From assembly GCA_963717145.1 (NCBI GenBank), contig OY970325.1:4800001-4864000 (forward strand): a stretch of DNA of 64,000 nucleotides, written 5' to 3'. Below the pieces are notes generated by a model. That model saw only the letters and a list, made by a program, of their open reading frames with translations, was not told the origin of the DNA and did not search any database. A program made the translations under genes and the position numbers. This document shows, in pieces, positions 19,357-27,370 of the stretch (position 1 is the first letter of the stretch; each line of letters starts with the position of its first letter). This stretch comes from an uncultured Armatimonadetes bacterium (GTDB lineage: Bacteria; Armatimonadota; UBA5829; DTJY01).

Positions 19357-21828
19357 TCACTCCTGCTCCTCGATCTCCCGGAGGACGATGTCCAGCCATG
19401 CCTGCACGGTCTTGGTGTTGGGGTGCTCGTCCCCCAGGAACTTGCGGAGTATGGCCAGCGCCCGCGAGATGTGCTCCTTCGCGCCCGGCAGGTCTCCGAG
19501 GTCTCGCATAACGCTGCCGAGGTTGTTGAGGCGGATGGCGACGTTGGGATGATCCGGCCCGTAAGCGGCCACATCGATCCTGAGCGCCCGCTCGATGTGC
19601 TCCTTCGCGCCCGGCAGGTCTCCTAGGTCTTGCAGGACGCTGCCGAGGTTGTTGAGGCGGATGGCGACCGTGGGATGGTCCGGCCCGAGAGTCGCCTCAC
19701 TGATCCTGAGCGCCCGCTCAAATCGCTCCTTCGCGCCCGGCAGGTCTCCGAGGTCTTGCAGGACGAGGCCGAGTGTACTGGCATATATGGCAGCCTGAGG
19801 ATGATCCGGTCCGAGTGTCGCCTCACCGATCCTGAGCGCCCGCTCGAAGTGCCCCTTCGCGCCCGGCAGGTCTCCGAGGGCTCGCAGGACGTCCCCCAGG
19901 TTGTTGGCATATATCGCAACCTGGGGATGATCCTTCCCCAAGGCTTCCTCACCGATCCTGAGCGCCCGCTCGTAGTGCCCCTTCGCGCCCGGCAGGTCTC
20001 CGAGGGCCTTCAGGACACCGCCCAGGTTGCTGATGATGGCAGCCACCTCAATATGGTCTTCTCCGTAGAACACCCCGTGCGCGGCGAGCGCCCGCTCATG
20101 GGCGACCTTCGCCTCCGCGAACTGCGCGCGGCCTCTCAGATAGATTCCCGCCTGATTGAGAACACGCGCTGTGGCGTCGGGAGCTATCCCTAGATCCTCC
20201 GCGTGGCCCGCGGACGCGAGGGCATGGGGTAGGAGGCGCGCGCATTCCTCCCAGGTGCGAACATCATCGCTATGCTGAGGGAAGGCGTCGTTCACGACTT
20301 GGACGGCGGCCTCGGCCCATTTGTTGTGATCGTCTCCGTCGAGGCGCGCGCGGGTTACGGCTTGTACCAGGCGGTGGACGGAGAGCATCCCATCCGCGGA
20401 CTCGACGAGCGAATACTTCCGGAGAGCCGCCACAGCATCATCGAGCGCAAGCGGATCCTTGACCGCTTCGGCGAGAGGCTCGGGAAGGAACTTCGCGCCG
20501 GCAGTGATCGCGCCGAGCGGGATGTCGTCCGGGGCGAAGAAGGCGCAGAGATCGAGCAATTGCGCTCCGGCGGGTGACTCACCCTCGACCGCCTTGAACG
20601 AGATCTCCCAGGTCGTGGCGACCGTCGCTTCGTAGTCGTCGGCGGGCTTCCCGCGAGCGAGCAGTTCCTTCTCCGACCGCCGATAAAGGTCCAGGTACTC
20701 GGCAGGCGTCTTGTTCGCCTCCTCCATATACGCGGCGGCCTGCGCCAGTGCGAGCGGGAAATCGCAGAGAGCCTCCGCCAGGGCGTCCGCTCCCTTCCGA
20801 TCCGTCTGCCCGGAGCGCTTCAGCAGGAGGTCGATCGATTCGGTCCGCTTCATCCTGGTCACGGGCAGCGGCTCGGCCTCCCCGCGCCAGTTCGGATTCC
20901 TGGAGGTCACGATCACGTGTCCGGCCTCTTCGAGCGGAAGATAGGGCACGATGTCCTCCGGCATATTCACGTTATCGAAAACGATGAGCCAGCCGGTCGA
21001 ATCGCTCAGGAACGCGCGGACTGCCTGTGCGATCGCGGGCTCATCGGCGGCGTCCGCCTCCGGAAGTCCGATCCTCCCCGCGAGGGATGCGTAGTCCGAG
21101 ATCAGAGTGGACGGCTTCTCGCAGCGGACCCACCAGATGATGGTGTAATCGCTCATGTGCCGGTACGCATATTCCAGGGCCGCCTGCGTCTTCCCGATGC
21201 CCCCGAGCCCGTGCATCGCCTGAGTGAGCGCGGCAAGTTTGCCCGAGGTCAGCTTCTTGCGCAGATCGTCGAGGAGCTTCCCGCGGCCGGTGAAGTTGCG
21301 ATTGCGCCCGTGCGGGATGTTGTGGACCGTGCGGGCTCCCACGGGGAACTCAGGCCGCTCCGGCATCGCCCGTGTCGCAGTGATAGGGCACGGGGGCTTA
21401 GTGTCGGGCTTCCCTCTCGGCTTGAGGCCGTCGAGGAGTGCCACCCTGATCTCCTCTTCGTCGGTCAGCCCGACCAGGTCGAGATAGCTCCTGGACTTGA
21501 GCAGACCGGGCGGTTCACATTCCTCGATTCGGATGGGAAAGAGCTTTCTCTCCTCACCCGTGGGATCGTCCGCGAAGAACGTCGCCCACTCGGCCTCGAC
21601 AAAGCCTGACTCCAGGGAGTTCGGCGAGAGGACGAGGATGAGGCGGTCGGCCTTCTGCAGGCCCCTGTGCATATCGAGGGCCCAGTTTCCCCCGGGCCGG
21701 AAGTCCCACGCCTGGATGATAACGTGGTATCCCGCTTCCTCCAACTCCCAGGCGATCCACTCCGCCCACTCCCGGTCATCGCCGGTGTAGCTGATGAAGA
21801 AGTCTTTGCTCGGCGCGTCTTCGGTCAT
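19357..21828 (-). CDS. TIR-NB-ARC-TPR (NLR-like STAND) protein 1
   Basis: DFFISY TIR start, FVEAEW, Walker A GLGGIGKT, Walker B WLIVFDNV, VTSR, FPLAL, VHRLV, 42-aa TPR repeats. Confidence 0.93.
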   Translation of the reverse strand: MTEDAPSKDFFISYTGDDREWAEWIAWELEEAGYHVIIQAWDFRPGGNWALDMHRGLQKADRLILVLSPNSLESGFVEAEWATFFADDPTGEERKLFPIRIEECEPPGLLKSRSYLDLVGLTDEEEIRVALLDGLKPRGKPDTKPPCPITATRAMPERPEFPVGARTVHNIPHGRNRNFTGRGKLLDDLRKKLTSGKLAALTQAMHGLGGIGKTQAALEYAYRHMSDYTIIWWVRCEKPSTLISDYASLAGRIGLPEADAADEPAIAQAVRAFLSDSTGWLIVFDNVNMPEDIVPYLPLEEAGHVIVTSRNPNWRGEAEPLPVTRMKRTESIDLLLKRSGQTDRKGADALAEALCDFPLALAQAAAYMEEANKTPAEYLDLYRRSEKELLARGKPADDYEATVATTWEISFKAVEGESPAGAQLLDLCAFFAPDDIPLGAITAGAKFLPEPLAEAVKDPLALDDAVAALRKYSLVESADGMLSVHRLVQAVTRARLDGDDHNKWAEAAVQVVNDAFPQHSDDVRTWEECARLLPHALASAGHAEDLGIAPDATARVLNQAGIYLRGRAQFAEAKVAHERALAAHGVFYGEDHIEVAAIISNLGGVLKALGDLPGAKGHYERALRIGEEALGKDHPQVAIYANNLGDVLRALGDLPGAKGHFERALRIGEATLGPDHPQAAIYASTLGLVLQDLGDLPGAKERFERALRISEATLGPDHPTVAIRLNNLGSVLQDLGDLPGAKEHIERALRIDVAAYGPDHPNVAIRLNNLGSVMRDLGDLPGAKEHISRALAILRKFLGDEHPNTKTVQAWLDIVLREIEEQE

Positions 21829-21918
21829 CTCCTCGGCCCTCCTTTCTCCGGTCACCCTCGGCCCGTTCGCCGCTCGATGTTGGACGTTCGATGTTCGATG
21901 CTCGCTTCCCGTCCCTCC

Positions 21919-24372
21919 TCACACCTGCTCCTCGATCTCCCGGAGCACGATGTGCAGCCATGCCTGCGTGTTCTTGGTCTTGGGATGCTCGTCCCCCAGG
22001 AACTTGCGGCGTATCTCCAGCGCACGCTCGATGTGCTCCTTCGCGCCCGGCAGGTCTCCGAGGGTTCGCAGGACGTTGCCGAGGTTGTTGGCATATAAGG
22101 CAACCTGGGGGTGATCCGGCCCGAGGGCTTTCTCGCCAATGGTAAGCGCCCGCTCCAAGTGCTCCTTCGCGCTCGGCAGGTCTCCGAGGTCTTGCAGGAT
22201 GAGGCCGAGCCTGGAGGCATAGATCGCCACGTATGGCGCGTATCTCGCCTCATCGATCCTGAGCGCCCGCTCCAAATGCTCCCTCGCACCCTGCAACTCT
22301 CCGTGGTCTGCCAGGACGCAGCCGAGATTGCCGGCATAAATCGCCATGTATGGCCCGTATCTCGCCTCATCGATCCTGAGCGCCCGCTCGATATGCTCTC
22401 TCGCGCCCGGAAGGTCTCCGCGGGCTTGCAGGACGAGGCCGAGGTTGTTGAGGCGGATGGCGACAGTGGGATGATCCGGCCCGTAGGCAGCCTCATCGAT
22501 CCTGAGCGCCCGCTCGAGGTGCTCCTGCGCGCCCGGCACGTCTCCGAGTTCTCGCAGAACATTGCCGAGGTTGCTGAGAATTTCAGCCACCTCAGTACGC
22601 TCTTCTCCATACAAGGCTCGGTGTGCCTCAAGTGCCCACTCATAAGCGTCCTTCGCCTCTGCAAACTGCGCGCGGCCACTCAGATAGAGCCCCGCCTGAT
22701 TGAGAACACGAGCAGTGGCGTCGGGAGCGATCGCCAACTCCTCCGAATAGCCCGCGGACGCGATGGCATGGGGAAGGAGACGGGCGCATTCCTCCCAGGT
22801 GCGATAGTCATAGCTCTCCTGCGGGAAGGCATCCTTGATAGTCTCGATGGCGGCCTCGGCCCACTTCTTGTGATCGTCACCATCGAGGCGGGCGCGGGTT
22901 ACGGCCTGAACCAGACGGTGGACGGCGAGGTTGCCGGAGTCCGCGTCTAGCAGCGAAAAGCGTCGGAGAGCCCGCAGAGCCTCATCGAGCAAGAGAGGCT
23001 CCTTGACAACTTCGGCCAGAGACTCGGGGAGGAACTTCGCTCCGGCGGTGATCACGTCGAGCGGGATGCTATCCGGAGCGAGGAAGGCGCAGAGGTTGAG
23101 CAGATCGGCAGCGGCAGGGGATTCCTTTTCCACCTGCTGAAACGATATCTCCCAGGTCGTGGCGACCGTCGCCGGGTAATCAACCGGAGGGTCGCCCTTC
23201 CTCAGGAGTTCCTGCGCGTGTTCGTTGAAAAGCGTCAGGTACTCGGGGAGCGGCCTGCCGGTCTCCTCCATATACGCCGCCGCCTGCTCCAGGGCGAGCG
23301 GGAAATCGCCGAGCGCCTTCGCCAGGGCGTCCGCAGCGATTGTGTCCTCCGTCCCGATGCGTCTCTGGAGGAACTCCACCGACTCCTCGCGCTTCCACTT
23401 TTCGACGGTCACAGCAGAGGCCGTTCGACCCCAGGCCTGATAGCGCGAGGTGATGATCACATTGCCGCCTTTTCCCTGCGGAAGATAGCCGTCGAGGTCC
23501 GGGGGCTTCTCGACGTTATCGAAAACCAGAAGCCATCCGGTAATATGCCCGAGATGCGCGCGCACGGCCTCCACGATCTTCGGCTGCTCGGCGGCGTCCT
23601 TCTCGGGAAGATCGAGTTTCCGCGCGAGGGCGGCGTAGTCGGACGCGAGGGTCGAGGGGTCCTCCGACCGAATCCACCAGACGATATCGTAGAGATCGGC
23701 GTACCGATACGCATACTCCAGGGCGAGCTGCGTCTTCCCCACGCCTCCGAGTCCGGCCATCGCCTGAGTGAGCGTGGCATGCGTGCCGGAGGTCAGGGCG
23801 TTGTGCAGGCTGTCGAGAATCTCCGCGCGCCCGGTGAAGTTCGGGTTCCGATTATGCGGCACGTTCCAGTGCGGCGGGAGAGTCCCGGGGAATCGGGGCT
23901 TCTTCTCGACGGCGCGCCTGGCGGTCGGAGGGAATCCGGGGGGAGTCCCCGGCTTCGCTCGACCTTCCTTGACCTCCGCGAGCAGCTTCGTCCTGGCGGT
24001 GCCCTCATCGAGGCCGCACAGGTCGATATAGATGCGCGGACCGAGCAGACCGTCGGGCTTGCAGTCGCGGATTCTGACGGGAACGAGCTTGCTCTCCCGC
24101 CCTGCGGGGTCCTGCGCGAAGACCGCGCTCCATTCGGCGGCGACGAAATCGGATGCGAGGGAATCGGGCGACAGGACGAGGATGGTCCGCTCGGCGTTCC
24201 TCAGGCCCTCGTGCATATCGACGACGAAGTTCCCCCCAGCCGCAAAGTCCCATGCCTGGATGACGCACGGATGGCCCGCCTCCTCCAGCTCCCAGGCGAT
24301 CCACTCCGCCCACGCCCGATCGGCCTTGTTGTAGCTGATGAAGAAGTCTTTCTTCCCGTCTTCAGTGGTCAT
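21919..24372 (-). CDS. TIR-NB-ARC-TPR (NLR-like STAND) protein 2
   Basis: Same architecture: FVAAEW, GLGGVGKT, WLLVFDNV, GDFPLAL, VHRLV; two 39-aa TPR variants. Confidence 0.93.
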   Translation of the reverse strand: MTTEDGKKDFFISYNKADRAWAEWIAWELEEAGHPCVIQAWDFAAGGNFVVDMHEGLRNAERTILVLSPDSLASDFVAAEWSAVFAQDPAGRESKLVPVRIRDCKPDGLLGPRIYIDLCGLDEGTARTKLLAEVKEGRAKPGTPPGFPPTARRAVEKKPRFPGTLPPHWNVPHNRNPNFTGRAEILDSLHNALTSGTHATLTQAMAGLGGVGKTQLALEYAYRYADLYDIVWWIRSEDPSTLASDYAALARKLDLPEKDAAEQPKIVEAVRAHLGHITGWLLVFDNVEKPPDLDGYLPQGKGGNVIITSRYQAWGRTASAVTVEKWKREESVEFLQRRIGTEDTIAADALAKALGDFPLALEQAAAYMEETGRPLPEYLTLFNEHAQELLRKGDPPVDYPATVATTWEISFQQVEKESPAAADLLNLCAFLAPDSIPLDVITAGAKFLPESLAEVVKEPLLLDEALRALRRFSLLDADSGNLAVHRLVQAVTRARLDGDDHKKWAEAAIETIKDAFPQESYDYRTWEECARLLPHAIASAGYSEELAIAPDATARVLNQAGLYLSGRAQFAEAKDAYEWALEAHRALYGEERTEVAEILSNLGNVLRELGDVPGAQEHLERALRIDEAAYGPDHPTVAIRLNNLGLVLQARGDLPGAREHIERALRIDEARYGPYMAIYAGNLGCVLADHGELQGAREHLERALRIDEARYAPYVAIYASRLGLILQDLGDLPSAKEHLERALTIGEKALGPDHPQVALYANNLGNVLRTLGDLPGAKEHIERALEIRRKFLGDEHPKTKNTQAWLHIVLREIEEQV

Positions 24373-24414
24373 GTCTTCTCCGCTCCCCACCCGCACGTCC
24401 GTCTCGGCGTGTCC

Positions 24415-26745
24415 CTAGCCGGATTCCTTCTCGTCGATCTCCCGGAGGACGATGTCCAGCCAGCTCTGCGCCCTCTCCGTATCAGGGTGATCGTTTCCCA
24501 GGAACTGCCCACATATCCCCAACTCCCGCTTGAAATGTTCCTTCGCGCCCTGCAAATCCCCAAGGCGTCGCAGGACCAAACCGATACCGCCGAGGTGGCT
24601 TACTATCTTGGGATCATTGGGGCCAAAGGCAGTCTCGTCTATTGCCAGTGCGCGCTCGAAATACTCATAAGCTCGACGGAATTCCCCGCATCTGTACAGC
24701 ACAAACCCAAGGTTGCAGAGACGGATAGCGACGGCGGGATGCTCGGGGCCATAGAGATCCCTATCCATATCCAGCGCCTGCTCATAGTACGCTTTTGCCC
24801 CCTCGTGATCTCCCAAGGTGCTCAGGACGAGACCGAGGTTGTTCAGGTTGATGGCGATCTCGGAATGACTTGGGCCATAAGTGGACTTATTAATAGATAG
24901 AGCTCGCTCGAAGTGCTCCTTCGCTGCCTTGGGGTCTCCAAGATCCAGCAGGACAAGGCCGAGGTCGTTCAGGTCCACAGCCACATTGTGATGATTCGGC
25001 CCGCTGCTCCTCTCATCTTCCATAACCGCCTGTTCCAGCACGTGCTGCGCCTCCACGAATCGCGCGCATCTACGCAAGTACAGCCCCACCTCATCCAAGA
25101 CTTTTCCAGTCGCATTGCACTGAATGGCAAGATCGCGCGCATGTGCCACCGCTGCCATGGCATGTGGCACCAGCCACGCGCATTCGTACCACGGCCGCAG
25201 ATCATAGTCCTCCTGCGGGAACGCACGCTTGACAAGGCGCACGGCGGCTTCGGCCCACTTCTTCTGATCGTCTTCGCTGAGACGGTCGAGGGTGACGGCC
25301 TGGACCAGACGGTGGACGGAGAGCTTCCCATCCTGACACTCCGCAAGCGAATAGTGTCCGAGGGCGATTAGGGCTTCGTCGAGCTTCAACTCATCCTGCA
25401 CGACTCCCGCGAGCGGCTCGGGGAGGAACTGCGCGCCCGATCGGATGATATCCAGCGGGATATCGTCCGGGGCGAAGAAGGCGCAGAGGTTGAGCAGGTC
25501 CGCGCCGGCGGGGGACTCCTTCCTGAGGGCTTCGAAGCTGATCTCCCAGGTGGTCGCAACCGTGGCTTCGTAGTCAGTCGCGGGCTTTCCGCGTTCGAGG
25601 AGATCCTGCCGGTGCTTCTCATAGAGCGCAGTGTAATCGGCCAGGGACTTGCCGGCCTTGCGGATATACGCTCCCGCCTGCTCCAGCGCGAGCGGGAAGT
25701 CGCCGAGAACATCCGCCAGCTTGTCCGCATCGTCCGGTTCGTCGCGCCCGGTGCGTCTGAGGAGGAACGCGACCGACTCCTTGCGAGGCCAGACCTTCAC
25801 CGATAACTCGGACGCCGTTCCGCTCCAGTCCGATTCGCGCGAGGTGATGATCACGTGCCCGGTCTCCCCCAGCGGAAGGTATGGCCTCACGTGCTCAGGC
25901 TTCTCGACGTTATCGAAAATGAGAAGCCATCCGGTGATATGCCCGAGGTGGGCTTTCACCGCCGCTGCGATCTCGGGCTGGTTGGAGGGATCGGCTATCG
26001 GCAGGTTCAGCTCCCCGGCGAGGGCCGCGTAATCGGAAGCAAGCGTGCTGGGGTCTTCGGAGCGGACCCACCAGACGATATCGTAGTCGGCTTTGTGCCG
26101 ATACGCATACTCCAGGGCGAGCTGCGTCTTCCCGATGCCGCCGAGCCCGTGCATCGCCTGAGTGAGCGCGGCGGGTTTGCCGGAGGTCAGGGCCTCGCGC
26201 AGATCGGTCAGAATCTCCTCGCGCCCGGTGAAGTTCGGATTCCGCCGGTGCGGGATGTTCCATATCTTAGGCAGCGTTCCCCGGAAGACCTTCAGCCATT
26301 TCGGACACTTGCCCGGAATCCTGGCGGCGGCGGGATCGCATTTGGCGACTTCCAGGAGGGCCTCCCTGGCATCAGGCTCACTCAGGCCGACGAGATCGAG
26401 ATAGATAATCGATCGGAGCAGACCCTCTACCTCGCAACTCCGAACGCGAATGGGGATGAACTTCCGCATCTCGCCCGTGGGGTCTTCGGCAAAGGTGGCG
26501 GCGAACTCGGCCATGGCGAAACCGGATGTGAAGTAATCGGGAGAGAGAACGCCGATGGTATGCTCGGCAATCTTGAGGGCTTCATCCATCATGAGGACGA
26601 AGTTGTTCCCCGGCCGGAAGTCCCAGGCCTGGATGATCGTGGAGTAACCGGCGACCTCCAACTCGTGCGCGATCCAGACCGCGTGGTCCGCGTCGGCCTT
26701 GTTGTAGCTGATGAAGAAGTCTTTCTTCGAGTCCTTAGCGCTCAT
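24415..26745 (-). CDS. TIR-NB-ARC-TPR (NLR-like STAND) protein 3
   Basis: FAMAEF, GLGGIGKT, WLLIFDNV, GDFPLAL, VHRLV; more diverged TPRs. Confidence 0.93.
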   Translation of the reverse strand: MSAKDSKKDFFISYNKADADHAVWIAHELEVAGYSTIIQAWDFRPGNNFVLMMDEALKIAEHTIGVLSPDYFTSGFAMAEFAATFAEDPTGEMRKFIPIRVRSCEVEGLLRSIIYLDLVGLSEPDAREALLEVAKCDPAAARIPGKCPKWLKVFRGTLPKIWNIPHRRNPNFTGREEILTDLREALTSGKPAALTQAMHGLGGIGKTQLALEYAYRHKADYDIVWWVRSEDPSTLASDYAALAGELNLPIADPSNQPEIAAAVKAHLGHITGWLLIFDNVEKPEHVRPYLPLGETGHVIITSRESDWSGTASELSVKVWPRKESVAFLLRRTGRDEPDDADKLADVLGDFPLALEQAGAYIRKAGKSLADYTALYEKHRQDLLERGKPATDYEATVATTWEISFEALRKESPAGADLLNLCAFFAPDDIPLDIIRSGAQFLPEPLAGVVQDELKLDEALIALGHYSLAECQDGKLSVHRLVQAVTLDRLSEDDQKKWAEAAVRLVKRAFPQEDYDLRPWYECAWLVPHAMAAVAHARDLAIQCNATGKVLDEVGLYLRRCARFVEAQHVLEQAVMEDERSSGPNHHNVAVDLNDLGLVLLDLGDPKAAKEHFERALSINKSTYGPSHSEIAINLNNLGLVLSTLGDHEGAKAYYEQALDMDRDLYGPEHPAVAIRLCNLGFVLYRCGEFRRAYEYFERALAIDETAFGPNDPKIVSHLGGIGLVLRRLGDLQGAKEHFKRELGICGQFLGNDHPDTERAQSWLDIVLREIDEKESG

Positions 26746-26782
26746 GAAACCTCTCGCTGGGGTCAGGCTTTCACGCGCTTAC

Positions 26783-26810
26783 ATTATACCAGCCGACCGG
26801 TAGGTGTCAA
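26783..26810 (-). promoter_or_regulatory. Consensus sigma70 promoter of the NLR-like operon
   Basis: TTGACA-16 nt-TATAAT with TG extension, ~40 nt upstream of the ATG. Confidence 0.85.
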
Positions 26811-26974
26811 GGGAAGGGGGGAGGGCGGGAGGGCATCGGAGGATGGGCCCGGCGGATCGATGTGTCGCGCGCGGGTGGGGGATGACCGGCAACTCGCGGG
26901 CTGAGCGATCTACTCCGCAATCCGCACTCGCGATTCTCTGGGCGGCGATCGTCGCGTCGACGAGATCGCACGCG

Positions 26975-27142
26975 GCGACTGTTATCTCGATGGTTGCGAC
27001 CGTTATCTCGATGGGTGCGACTGTTATCGCGATGGTTGCGACGGTTGTCGCGATGGTTGCGACCGTTATCGCGACGGTTGCGACTGTTGTCGCGATGGCC
27101 GCGACTGTTATCGCGACGGTTGCGACTGTCATCGGGATGAGC
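26975..27142. repeat. Tandem array of 8 x 21 bp (consensus near GCGACTGTTATCGCGATGGTT)
   Basis: Units begin at 26975, 26996, 27017 and so on to 27122. Confidence 0.92.
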
Positions 27143-27196
27143 GCGAGCGATCGAGCGATGCCCGGGATCGAAGCGGGCGTCGAGCCGCCCGGGGGA

Positions 27197-27225
27197 AAAG
27201 CGGTGTCGAGCCACCGCACTCCATA
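27197..27225 (-). repeat. Solo GGAG-type REP-like element
   Basis: Minus strand TATGGAGTGCGGTGGCTCGACACCGCTTTT: GGAG foot followed by a GCGGTG/CACCGC hairpin. Confidence 0.6.
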
Positions 27226-27304
27226 TCCCTCGAAGGCGACAGGCCGAGTACGAGTACGATCAGGGGTACGAGTACGAGGGGAAGCGGAGATGATGGCCGG
27301 AGGG

Positions 27305-27333
27305 TTGACCGGGAGGGGTGGGGGACGTATACT
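27305..27333 (+). promoter_or_regulatory. Sigma70-type promoter of the Kelch-SSS operon
   Basis: TTGACC-17 nt-TATACT. Confidence 0.7.
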
Positions 27334-27370
27334 GTCGGCAACGGATTACTCATGGATCGAGGAATCGCCG

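Noticed and set aside
21852-22679. 275-aa alternative-frame ORF in the NLR 2 TPR region
   Set aside because: Frame-shifted reading of the repeats; the main ORF is uninterrupted.
19357-24372. Diversity-generating retroelement acting on the TPR or C-terminal repeats
   Set aside because: No reverse transcriptase in the window, no non-coding template repeat, and differences are not confined to adenines.
26804-27370. N-terminal extension of the 1085-aa ORF, including ATVIAMV repeats
   Set aside because: A promoter (27305-27333), an SD and a signal peptide support a start at 27371; the extension is read-through of stop-free repeats.
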